64,000 bases of DNA from Lama glama (taxonomy: Eukaryota), in contig CM052817.1 of the NCBI GenBank assembly GCA_028534125.1, positions 88,476,001-88,540,000 on the forward strand. The letters run 5' to 3'. Below, piece after piece: positions 37,780 through 50,900 of the stretch. Positions within the stretch are counted from its first letter, which is position 1. Each line of letters begins with the position of its first letter. The notes beneath the pieces are model-generated. The model saw only the letters and a list, made by a program, of their open reading frames with translations. It had not been told where the DNA came from and did not search any database. Both the position numbers and the translations under genes were made by a program.

Positions 37780-39330
37780 CTTAATTTGAGTTTCTTAAGA
37801 CTCATGAAAGAAAAAGTCAAGGCCTGGTTTGTTATGTGAATTAAAACACTGTGTTGTCATGACCTCTGTGTGAATGGTGTGGCCTTACAGCTTCACTCCA
37901 GGATGGTTCAGAAAGCCTTCAGCAAAAACAAGTCCTACCAGTCAACAAGTCTTCATGAAGTTCACTTAGTAGTTCCTTTGCCCAAATGGAAAAATGGTTA
38001 GAAGTAAAGATCTGCAACTGACTCATGGAAGCAGCTAAAAGTTTGTCTACCAGTTCAAGGCGGAAATACACTCGTAAATTGACAGTAGAGAGATCTGGGA
38101 ATGACATGTGTAGACTTCTGAAAATTACTGCGAGAGTAAGGGTATTTGTGAATAGGTGAAAGTTCACATGGTTGCACCCAGGGCAACCACTACAGAGGAG
38201 ACTGTCATCAATGCAGTGACCAAGATAACACATTCTGATGATGTCAGTACACCCTCCTTTACTATTTACTCTAGCCCTTACTCAGTAAGACTGATGTAAC
38301 AGATGAAGTTAAGCCACAGCCCCTGTCATGCACTAACAATAAAGAAAGTAGCACTGATCTCCTAATATTAGTGCTTTCCTTAGGTACAAGCAAGCCACCT
38401 GATGGCCAACTGATTATACTGCATCTCTTCCATCACGTAAGGGACAGCAGTTGGCCCTTAGTGGAACAGGTAATTTTGATCTGGATTTACATTCCATGCC
38501 TGAAATGCTTCTGCCAGCAATAGTGGTTTAAGGGACACACTTTACCTCCTAGAATATTACATAGAATCACTTATGACCAAGTAAATCATTTTACAAAGAA
38601 AAAGTATGTCCCTGTGCTCATGCCCATGGAGTTCACTGGTCTTACCACACTCCAATCATCCTGAAGCAACTGGCTTCATGTAACATAGGAACAGTCCGTA
38701 GAAGATTCAGTTACAAAGCCAGCCCTGCCTGTGACTATATGGTATGAAGTCTGTGTGCTTTTCTACATGTTTTGTGCTCTGATATTTTATATATTATGTA
38801 CACTATATAATATATGCCATATAGCCACAGATCTAGCAATTAAGGAATAAAAGATGGTTCTTCTCATTATTATCTCTAATTTCTTACTAGAAAATTGGCT
38901 TAAAGATCTTAATTCTCAAAGAAGGAACGATTCAACAGAGAATACAACAGAAATTTTCATTGAGCCAGATACAGAAACCACTTCCTGGCTACTTTGGGCT
39001 ACACATGCCACCGAACCCCAAACAATGGGTTTGCTCTGTTGACTTGATGATTGAGCCTAATTATCAATTGGAAATTGGGTATTCCTTCAAATGAAGGCAA
39101 GAGTTAGTAAATTTGACATCCGGGGGGATCCTCTGAGTTGCTTATCAGCACTCCCATTGCCAGTAGTTAAAGTTTTTAGAAAGCTACAACTCAAAACAGC
39201 CAAACCACTAATGCATGGATACTTCAGGAAGAAACATTTTATCTGATAAGTTAAAGTTAAACATTTTATCTGATAAGTTTATAAACTGATTAGGGGATGG
39301 CTAAGTACAATGGGAAACTACAAGTGTGAT
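37780..39330 (+). mobile_element. Ancient ERV-L (class III) internal relic: RNase H, integrase, dUTPase
   Basis: Degenerate KAWF, VHLV..EKWLEVKI.TDSW..A, Q.DY...LPS.KGQ, HGVHWSYH..HPEA.G, LPG.FGL and MIEPNYQ.EIG motifs in ERV-L order. Confidence 0.82.
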
Positions 39331-39847
39331 GGAACACAAAAATAATGCCAACTTCTGATAAGTGCATAACATGTAGAGAAATAAGAACTGCTTATCGTCT
39401 TCCTAGGTTTGATATGTATAGGGTTATGTATATTTGTTGATATATTAATTATATGCATTTTTACATATTAATATAACTATATATTAATGTATGTTTATAT
39501 AAATTAATATTTGTATATAAATATTAAACACATACATATATACTTTATTATTAAATATAAAGTATAATACTTTCTTAGTATTAATATATCATTATTAGTA
39601 ATATATAAACATAAATTAGTGATAAATTATTTATAAAATTTGTGTGTTTATACTTCCCAAGGCTGTTATAAAAGATCACAATAGCTACTTAGTGGGAGGC
39701 AGGAAATATTCCCTTGTTCTGAATGATAGGTAAAATAATTACATTTAAACATCAAATTTACACATCACAATTTATGTAACCATGAATTACTCTGTATAAT
39801 GTATGAGCAAGTAGTCACATACAGTCAGTTTATAAAAGGATACTATA

Positions 39848-42285
39848 ATCAAATTGGATTCATCCCAAGAACACAAGGATGGTTCAACATACACAAATCA
39901 ATGTGATACACCACATCCATAAAAGGGACAAAAACTACATGATCGTCTCAATAGATGCAGAAAAAGCATTTGATAAAATTCAACACCCATTTATGATAAA
40001 AATCCTTAGCAAAGTGGGTATAGAGGGAACATGTATCAACAGAATAGCAGCTATTTATGACAAACCTACAGCCAGCATAGGACTCAACGGTGAAAAGCTC
40101 AAAACCTTCCCACTAAAATCTGGGACAAGACAAGGTTGTCCACTGTCACTTCTATTCAGCATAGTCTTGGAAGCACTAGCCACAGCAATCAGGCAAGAAC
40201 AAGAAATAAAAGGGATCCAAATTGGAAAAGGTAAAATTGTCACTATATGCAGATGACATGATACTATATATAGAAAATCCTAAAAGCTCCACACAAAAAC
40301 AACTAGAGCTAATAAAAGAATTCGGCAAGGTAGCAGGGTACAAGATTAATGTACAAAAAAATCAGTTGCATTTCTTTATACTAATGATGAATCAACATGA
40401 AAAGAAAGTAAAGAAACAATCCCTTTTAAAATTGCACCCAAAGCAATAAAATATCTAGGAATAAATCTGACCAAGGAGGTCAAAGACTTCTACATGGAGA
40501 ACTACAGTTGATTAAGGAAATTAAAGAAGAATTAAAGATATGGAAAGATATCCCATGCTCTTGGATTGGAAGCAGCAATATTGTTAGAATGGCTATTCTG
40601 CCCAAGGCAATCTACAGATTTAATGCAATCTGTATCAATTTACCCAGGATATTTTTCACAGAACTAGAACAAATCACATTAAAATTTATATGAAATCACA
40701 AAAGATTCAGAATTGCCAAAGCATTACTGAAGGTAAAGAATGAAGTTGGAGGAAAAACCCTCCCAAAATTCAGACAGTAATACAGAGCTACGTAATCAAA
40801 ACAGCAGGGTATTGTCATAAAAACAGACATATGGATCAATGGAACAAAATACAGCCCAGAAATGAACCCACAAACTTTTGGTCAATTGATCTTTGACAAA
40901 GCAGGCAAGAACATACAATGGAATAAACACAGTCTCTTTAGCAAATGGTGTTGGGAAAACTGGACAGCTGTATGTTAATCAATGAAGTTAGAATACTCAC
41001 TCACACTATACACAAAAATAAGCTCAAAATCGATCAAAGACTTAAACATAACATATAATAAACCTCCTAGAAGAAAATATAGGCAAAACATTATCTGACA
41101 TAAATCTCAGCAATGTTCCCCTAGGGCAGTCTACCCAAGCAATAGAAATATAAGCAAAAATAAACAAATGGGACCTAATTAAACTTACAAGCTTTTGCAC
41201 AGCAAAGGAAAAATAAGCTAAACAAAACCACCACCTATGGAATGGGAGAAAATATTTGCAAAAGATGAGAGTGACAAGGGCTAAATTTCCAGAATATATA
41301 AACAGTTCATACAACTTAAGAAGAAAACAAACAACCCAATCCAAAAATGGGCAGAACTAAGCAAGCAATTCTCCAATGAAGACATACAAATGGCCAACAG
41401 GCACATGAAAAAATGCTCAATATTGTTAATTACCAGAGAGATGCAAATCAAAACTACAATGAGGTATCACGTCACACCAGTCTGAATGGCCATCACTCAA
41501 AAGTCCACTAAGGATAAATGCTGGAGAGGGAGTGGATAAAAGGAGACCCTCCTACTCTGTTGGTGGAAATGTAGTTTGGTGCAGTCATTATGGAAAACAG
41601 CATGGAGACTCCTCAAAAGACTAAAAACAGACTTACCATATGACCCAGTAATCCCACTCCTGGGCATGTATCCAGAGGGAACCTTAATTCAAAAAAACAC
41701 CTGCACCCCAATGTTCATAGCAGCACTATTTACAATAGCCAGAGACATGGAAACAACCTAAATGTCCATCCACAGATGACTGGATAAAGAAGATGTGGCG
41801 TATTTATACAATGGAATACTACTCAGCCATAAAAAAGAATAAAATAATTCCATTTGTAGCAATATGGATGGACCTGGAGAATGTCATTCTAAGTGAAGTA
41901 AGCCAGAAAGAGAAAGAAAAATGTCATATGATATCACTCATATGTGGAATCTAAAAAGAAAAAAAATGAACTTATTTATAAAACAGAAACAGAGTCACAG
42001 ACATAGAAAACAAATTTATGGTTACCAGAGGGGAAAGGGCAGGGAAGGGATAAATTGGGAGTTCAGAATTTGCAGATACTGACTGATAATATATGATAGA
42101 ACAAGTTTATACTGTATAGCAGAGGGAACTATATTTGATATCTTGTAGTAGCTTATGGTGAAAAAGAAAATGAAAATGAATATATGCATATTTATGTATC
42201 ACTGAAGCATTGTACTGTACTCCATAAGTGGATACAATGTTATAATCTGACTATACTTCAGTAAAAAAGTAAAAAAAAAAAAATT
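39848..42285 (+). mobile_element. 5'-truncated LINE-1 with target-site duplication
   Basis: RT motifs [15 protein letters not shown] and YADDMILY; poly-A; TSD AAAGGATACTATA 39835-39847 / AAAGGATGCTATA 42286-42298. Confidence 0.96.
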
Positions 42286-43949
42286 AAAGGATGCTATATA
42301 AAAATAATTATTTTTAAAATAATGTAAACATTCTATGTACCTTTTAATTGTGTTTTATGTATTAGGAATAATCAAGTAGAAAATAAAACAGTTAAGGCAT
42401 CCTTTCAGCTCTATCCAAGGTGTTGTGTAGCATTTCAGATTTTGGATGTTGGGCATTATGATACTACTGAAAAGAGGAAAAGCATAATCTTAAACATTGA
42501 CAAGATTGGAAAATAACTTTTAGATACATAAATCCAGTTTACTAAAATAAATCCACTGGGAAAATGACTTAAGAAAATGATGTTTTTTATTTGTGAAAAT
42601 GGTATAAAGTTACATAAATTCAATTTACTAAAATAAATTCACTGGGAAAATGACTCTTGTTAAGTAAATGATTGAATTTTTTAATTTATGAAAATGGTAT
42701 CAATTTTTGTCTACTTTTCCCCTTTTTTGTTTCTAATTAAAAAATGTTTATTTGTCTACTTTGTTTTCACTTTCAGGATATATTTATTAAACAATCTTGG
42801 ACTCAGGATTCTAAATAAATTTCAGTATCAGTACTATCTTAAAAACAGATTTCATGAGGATTTACATATGCATGTTTATTAAAGCACTAATATAAAATTA
42901 CAGGTATTTTAGAGTGAATAAAACCATTGACTGGCAAATAACAATTAGCCTGGAAATACCAGTTTGGACAGCATTGATTAGATCTCTTAGTTTTTAAATG
43001 GATTTAATTTCCTTTAATAATGTCTGCTAAATTCATTTCTTAACACAGGTGTTCTCTGTCTTAAAAAATTTGCTCGACTATTATTTATTTTATGATTAGT
43101 ATGCTGATTTTCTTTGCTAAAGTGATTTAACAAGTGACCTGCCTCAGTGCCTTTAATGCATTTCATATTTTGGAAGCTTCACTCGGCATACATTTATGTA
43201 ATATTTTATATGTAACTGGCCCCATGCCAGGTATTGTACTGACACGCAGGCGCCCAAATTGGGAAACATGATACTTCTCCAATAGGATATGCTGGAAGTA
43301 ATGATGAGAACATCAAAGAGAAAAGATGTAGACTAAGGAAAGGAGCTCATCTATAACAGAATTGTGTGGATATATAAGCATATAAAATACTATGTTATTG
43401 GCATATTAGTCAATAATAGTAAATAAGTAAGTATTCCTCCTATCAGAATGATCTAAAAGAAAAGAATCATCCGAGTATCTGAACTGGCATTTCAAAAAAA
43501 AAAAAAAAAGAAAGTTCCTTGAAGAAAAAGTTCTTAATAAAATGAAAGGTCAGGCAGAGTGACAATTACTGTTAATGAAAAAAAGAAACAGATCTTAGAT
43601 TTATTGAAAAATTTTTCTGAACTTCAAACACAGATTACCACACTGGGAAGAGAAATAAAATGTGTAAGAACTTTTGCCTGCGATGAAAACAGAATCAGAA
43701 TATTATAATAGTTCTTTTCTATAGCACCAATTGCTAATACACAAGAACAAAAGTTCAAATACCAGAGTTGTGGCCCAAGATATACAGCACCAGGTGAAGA
43801 TACATTATCTACTTAGTACCTGCTTATAATGCTAATAAATAATTATAATATTAAATGAACTCTCATTAAATATGTTATAAAAAACATTTAACTATATTTT
43901 AGAAATGCATCAAGACTTTCAATTCCAATCATGGTATAATTTTCCTCAG

Positions 43950-44389
43950 CTTTTATTTCTTTAATTGAATTATAATTGAGTTATAGGATTATATTAGTTT
44001 CAGGTATACAACATAGTGTTTCAGTATTTTTATAGATTATACTCCATTTAAAGTTATTTTTTAAAAGGCTACATTTTCCTGTGCTATACAATGTAACTTT
44101 ACTTATCTATTTTATAAACAATAGTTTATATCACTTATTCCTCTACCCCTACCTTGCCCCTCCCTCTCTTCCCTCTCTCCACTGGTAACCACTACTTTAT
44201 TCTCCTTATATGTGAATCTGTTTCTGATTTATTATATATGTGTGGAATCTAAAAACTAATATACATAAATATAAATGATAACAGAATTTGTCTTTGTCTG
44301 ACTTATTTCACAGAGTATACAATACTCCCTAGGTCCATCCACACTATTGGAAATAGAATTTAATTCTTTTTATGGATCAGTAGTATTCC

Positions 44390-44434
<45 letters not shown>

Positions 44435-44798
44435 TTTATATATATATATATCTCACATCTTTTTGACCCATTTGTCTGTTACTGGACACGGGTTGCTTCC
44501 CTATCTTGGCTGTTGTACGTAATGCTGCTATTAATATTGGAGTGCATGTGTCTCTTCAGAGTAGTGTTTTTATTTTTCCACCCAGGAGTGGAATTGCTGA
44601 TCATATGGTAGATCTATTTTTAGCTTTTTGAGGAAACTCCACAATGTTTTCCATAGTGGTTATACCAATTTACATTCCCACCAACAGTGTACAAGGGTTC
44701 CCTTTCCCCACATCTTCACCAACACTTGTAGACTTTCTCATGGTAGCCATTTCTGAAAAGTGTGAGGTGATATCTCATTATGGGTTTGATGTGCGTAT
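43950..44798 (-). mobile_element. LINE-1 3' fragment with a (TG)n(TA)n microsatellite at 44392-44451
   Basis: Antisense L1 3' UTR and ORF2 tail (TTTACATTCCCACCAACAGTGTACAAGGGTTCC). Confidence 0.9.
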
Positions 44799-44799
44799 T

Positions 44800-45806
44800 A
44801 CTGATAAACAGCTACATGCAAAAGAATGAGATTAGAACATTTTCTCATATGACGTAAAAAAAAAAAACCTCAAAATAGATTAAATACCTAAATGCAAGAC
44901 CTATAATCATAAAACTCCTAGAGAACAAAGGCAGAACACTCCTTGACATAAATCATAGCAGCATTTTTTAAAATATGTCTAAGGCAAAACAAATAACAGC
45001 AAAAATAATTTGTTTAATTAAACTTCAAAGATTTTGCACAGCANNNNNNNNNNNNNNNNNNNNNNNNNNNNNNNNNNNNNNNNNNNNNNNNNNNNNNNNN
45101 NNNNNNNNNNNNNNNNNNNNNNNNNNNNNNNNNNNNNNNNNNNTGGAAAACATTGTAGTCACGATGGAAAACATTGTGGAAGTTCCTCAAAAAACTAAAA
45201 ATAAAAACTACCATATGATCTAGCAACTCCACTTCTGGGTATACACCCAGAAAAAAATAAAAGCACTAATTTGGAGAGATATATGCACCCCAATATTCAC
45301 AGCAGCACAATTTACAATAGCAAAAATATGGAAGCAACCGTAAGTGTCCATTAACAGATTAATGATCAGATAAAGATGTGGCATATATGTATGATGTAGT
45401 ATTATTCAGCCATAAAAAACAATAAAATTCTACCATTTGCAACAACTTGGATGGACCTAGAGGGTATTATGCTTCATGAAGTAAGTCAGAGAAAGACAAA
45501 TACTCTGTTATTTGCATGCGGAACTTAAAACCTAAAGGAAAGGAACATATATTACAAAATAAAGAGAATCACAGTTAATAGAGAACAAATTAGTGGTTAC
45601 CGATGGGGAGAGAGAAGGGGGAGGGGCACACTAGGGGTAGGGTATTCAGAAAAACAAACTATTTATAAAATGGATAAGCAACAAGTATATACTGTACACC
45701 ACAGGAAAATACAGCCATTGATGTGTAGGTAAGTTTAAATGGAGTATAATTTACAAAAATGTTGTATACCTGAAACTAATATTGTAAGTCAACTATACTT
45801 CAATAG
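44800..45806 (+). mobile_element. LINE-1 3' fragment spanning a 100-N gap (45044-45143)
   Basis: LIKLQRFCTA peptide; 3' UTR ending AACTATACTTCAATA. Confidence 0.9.
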
Positions 45807-48800
45807 TGAATAACAATATACATGTGATTTTGCCACTCTTACTCAAAGCAAAGCTGAATTTATTTTTAAAAATAGATGATTCTATTGAAAGCCTTAGTTT
45901 TTGCTGCCCTGCAAATTTGCTTGCTTTAGGTACATTCTGTTTACTTATGCTTATCTTCTAATAGTTATCTTCTAGTTTTTCCATCACAGTTTTCTCTCTA
46001 CTGCCTTCTAACCTAGAGAAATGAACTACCTTCCCATTCTTTCTCAACTTCTTAAAATTATGTCTATTTTTTAATCTCAGGTAATTTTTAATTTGAACCC
46101 CGTTTCCAAAACATCATCCTGTTGTCACTGGGAAATTTATAAAGCTCATTTTATTACATTAGCCATGTTACTAGTACTTGAACTCTCACAAAGTAGCTGT
46201 GAACATTTACAACATATGTATCTAAGATAAATAAAACTGTTCTGCAGTTAAGTTTGATGCTTGTATTAACATCAAAAAGTAACAGCAAAAATAGAAGCAC
46301 GTTGTTAAACACCTCGAGTTAACTAAAAAGGGTAGATCGTTACTGTTATGTATGTTGCAGAAACTTCTCCCAGAAGAAAGATCAAGGGGAGGAGGGTTGA
46401 TTTTTTTTTTCCAGGATATAATATTCTGCCTCATAGCCTCTGAGATGTAGAATTATCAACAGTTAGCTGAAATTTCTGAGAATTCTAATTGTCCTATAAT
46501 TCCTACCACTGCCTCTACTTAAGAGCCTACTTTAAACAGAACCTACTTAAGTTTTACATATCAGAAAAAGAAAACAGAATATTTGTTTTAACAATTTAGC
46601 TTAATTTCCTCCACAGCAGTAGCCACAAGATCTGCAGGTTACACAATCATCAAACACTGTTGATAGAATACATCTTGCAGACGACATCAGTGATATTTCA
46701 AAGGAATTAACTGAGCAGACAAAACAACCAGAGCAAGTCCATTATGTAATCACCTAGCCATTCAGAGCTGATCAGTATTGAGAAGTGACATCAGCTCACT
46801 CCCTGGTAAGGAAATGAAGTAACAGAAAGAGGCGTGGATTAATAAAGTAATCATCATATTGCAATGCAATTTTGTTTAATAGTGGGATCTCTCACTAACC
46901 CTCATTGAAATTAAAATCTTTGAATAAATGTCGCATAGTAACATCCTGCATGAATGGTGGGAGAACTAAAGGAAATCATCCATTAGTTGATGTTATAATT
47001 GAGGAAGGAAAAATCTGTAATATCATTGTGTTACCAAATGCAAGTTCCTGTGCCCACACACAGTGAGACCAAACAAATGGAAAAGTCTGAGTCTGGAGCA
47101 GAGAAAGGTTTATTGCTGGGCTGGGCAAGGAGAACAGGTGGCTCAAGCTCCCCCAAACCCCCGAATTCCCTGACTCTATCAGGGCATGACCACTCTGGCT
47201 AATTCCTGCTGAAACAGAGTTTAGTCCTACCTCTGGGGAATGGACACCGAGTTGGAAATATTCCCAAGTTCCAAATCCTGGTTCTGAGTCTTGTATGATT
47301 AAGAGCTCATTCCCTGAGGAATTCAGGAGAATAAGCCTGAAAACCAGTTTGGACTTGGCACTTTGGGGGAGACTTGTAGCCACATGTCTACTTTTATCTG
47401 AGTAGGTTTTAACTTTTGATGTGGTGTGTATGTATGTGTGTGTATATATCAAGGGCGACTAGCTTCTACAGATGTCTTTTTCTGCTAACATCTGATCTAA
47501 AGCAATTTTATTGTCTAAAAATTTAATAGCTACAAGAGAAGACCTTGAGGTCATAAGGTTGCAGCTGCCATCTCCTGGCAGACACACTTTGAGAATAGCT
47601 GGTGGCGTCCCAACTATGACATAGCTCAGAAAATTCGAGTTCTCAACAACACAGGAACGTTTCTAAAATCACGTCCACAATGGCCACCAAGTTTTACCTT
47701 TGATGTCTGAACCACACCTACTCTATTTTGACTTTCAAATGCATTCCCCTCCTCGGGGTTGAAGCAGATGTATAATGCATGTCCAAAAGGCCAGGAAATA
47801 GGCCATTTTGGTCAATAAAGTTTCAGTCAAATGACACATAAGCCAGAATGACTTTCCCATACATCAACATGTGCATGTTTTTCCATCATTCCCCCTTAAT
47901 TGCAAATCTTTCAATAGAAAGCATCGATCATCAAAATATCTGTCCTTCGATGCTGGGTGGTAGCTCCTGCTCCAGGTTCAGATCATGTCCCTTGGTGCTA
48001 GGCCTCCTTTATATTTGCCTATTTATCCATGTTGGGAAAAAGTAATCAGAAAAGTAATCAGATATTGTGAACAGGCTCAGAGGTGTGTTAATGGGGAAAC
48101 ACTCTACAAGCCATACATTTTTATCACTTAGACCCAATTGTTATACAAGCTTATACATGTGCTTTTAACAATAGATTTAAAGCAGGCATTTTTATACATG
48201 AGCAGTTATACTCTGACAACTTCAGACAAAACCAAAAAATTACAACCATATTCATCAGTTTACTCAATCCTATGTAATTAATTCTTTTTTTTAACAGTTT
48301 TACAAACTGAGAGTGTATTACACTTTTAAAATATCTTACCCAGTTCAGCAGTATTATTTTTTTTAAAAAAACTGTACTTGTCAAAAAGTCCTTTTTAGGA
48401 ATCTTCTTGAAAATCAAGCAGTTTTGCAAAACATCAGCTTAACTATCTATGAATAACAAAAACCTTAAAAATGCAAGGTGAAAAGATCTGATTACCATGT
48501 TTTTAACAAAGAAGCTTAAGTTGGCTGTGACATACGTTAAGATAACTAGAAGTATGACTAACAGCATTATCCCAGGACATATCTAAATTTCAGAACTTTT
48601 ACATAATTTCTGAAACTTCACATAATTTCTAGAATGTCTATATTAATAACATTTACCCATACTGTATAATCTGAATAGGCTTATCGTTCGTTTGACAATG
48701 CTTCCCATGTAATTTAACATACTAACCAATCCTAGTTACTTTAATATTTTTCTCTGAGATGCCTCAGGGGCCCTCTGAAACATCTCAAATTTAGGTGAAG

Positions 48801-50339
48801 TCAAAAGAAGTTTAATTCAAGTTTGATAGGAAGTTTGTCAAAAAGATCACAAAGTTTCACACAATCTGTTTTCAGGCACATTCTAAGTAACCTTGTTCTC
48901 TTAACAGAGAGGAACCAAATCTAGTCCTACACCAGACTACTTTTGATAACGAAATCCATTTACCTAATGAATCTCAGCCTGATCATGCACAGAACTCCTT
49001 TTTTAGGGCTCCCTTTCTGCAAACTTTTCACAACTTTCTGTATCCATGTTAGTTTGTCCCTTATTTTTTCCCATCTAGAAACAACAAAGCTCTAGGTCCA
49101 AAGCACCTTCTTTTCCCTTAAAATGCAATGGTATTCCTCATATCTTTTTTTTTTTTTTACTCAAAACATATATCCTACTTTCCTACTGTATACTGAAATG
49201 TTTCCTTTATTTTCAGTAGCTTTAAGTATATATTTAAATTAGAATTCTCAAACTCAATCTTAGTTTCTAGTGAAAACCAAGAAGCAAGCAATCATGCACT
49301 ATCTCTTACATTAGCATTCTGTAGCTTGGCAAACACAAACACCAACAATAATTTCTAAAAACATGTGCTTTCTACAGACTATCTCAATGTGACACCAAAC
49401 ATGTTTAATAACAGTCCTAAACACCCTTGATGTCTCTTCAAAGGAAAGCCAATGTTCAGCAATTAATGTTTGAGTATCTTATTTTGCTTTTGAATGACCT
49501 AGCTAATCAACTAGTCAATAAACTTCCATTATTTAACTTAATTTAGCACAACTCTAAAATTTCAAGTTACCAAATACCTGGCGATCATCTTTAAGTAGAC
49601 ATTCCTAAAACATATTTCTAAAGAGTTCACTCAAAAGCTCTTATCTCGTTTGCATTTAACTTACTTATCAGAATTTTATTATACCAAGTTAATTTTTTTC
49701 TTTCTGCTGACAAAGTCTGCAACAGAAATAACAAACTTATCAACCTTTAATAAACATAGGTACAATAAAAGACATGTCTGTATTGATTATACCAACAAGC
49801 CAAAACTAGCTTTAATATCAGATATTAAACCAGAATTTAACACAACATTGCAAGCTGACTATATTTTCATAGATTTTTTAAAAGATATAAAATTTAAAAA
49901 TGTATCGGGTATTAATAGTGAATATTTCCTAGATTGTGTCAGCCTGAAATTTGGTCTGTCTAGCTCCTTTTATACTTAGTATTTAATTTGCAAGCACTTA
50001 CTTTTTAAGTCAATTAAATAGAGCCCATAAGTTAATTTTTACATAAAGACAGGCAGAACCAGAGGATCCAGTTTTTCCACTTGAGTTTTAAGACAGTATT
50101 TTCTTTGAGAGCCCAGATAGATCATTTACATCTCAAAGGCACAGGAAGAGAAATGCAAATTCCTCTTCTAACTGCTTCTACAAAACCCCATCATTTATTA
50201 TCAGAATTTTTTTTTCATTCCCAAGTATCCACAATTATTTATCTATCTATCTGTCTATATTATTCACTCACATTCATGCCTCACTTTCAGCAAAACCAAG
50301 AAGAGAGAACAGGATTTGGACTGAGGTACCAAGACACAC

Positions 50340-50560
50340 ACAGAAACACATCCCCAGGATAAAAGCCAAACTGCAAAAGGCCCCCTTTGATAATAGCAGA
50401 GACATTAGGGGCCACTGTTCTCCAGATCCCACGGAGCACTCAGCCCACAGTGCTACAATAAAAAATATCACTTTCTTTCATTTATGGGAGCATAAATAAA
50501 GATCTTCCAGTTTTGCAAAACATACCCTAGGGGGACTACAAAATGTAACAGAGCTATGCT
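50340..50560 (-). pseudogene. gag: gag matrix-region remnant
   Basis: SPLGYVF..NWK.F..IFYCST and GSGEQWPL resemble class I gag N-termini (SPLGCIL.NW..LIFFC..WP). Confidence 0.65.
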
Positions 50561-50900
50561 CCTCCATACTTAATTATTCAAGGCTGGTGTTATCAAATAT
50601 CAAGCAAACAATGCAGAACAGTCTCTTAGGGTCACAGTTTCCTAGCTCCAAAAGGGAGAGTCCCAACCAATACCCCATCAATCTGTCACCAGGAAGAGGG
50701 GAATAACATTTATCCATACTGTATAATCTGAACAGGCTTATCACTCATTTGACAACGCTTCCCGTGTAACTCAACATACTAACCAATCCTAGGTAGTTTA
50801 ATATTTTTCTCTGAGATCCCTCAGGGGCTCTCTGAAATATCTCAAAGTTAGCTCAAGTCAAAAGAACTTTAATTCGAATGTGATAGGAAGTTTGTCAAAA

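Noticed and set aside
39410..39640. Extremely AT-rich patch
   Set aside because: Decayed (TA)n low-complexity sequence
23665..42703. Small two-copy tandem duplications near 23666-23702, 31624-31712, 39232-39279 and 42538-42703
   Set aside because: Ordinary slippage duplications in AT-rich DNA; no spacers, so not CRISPR-like
46976..47452. 158-aa minus-strand ORF
   Set aside because: Crosses ERV interior, partial LTR and flank; no domain recognised
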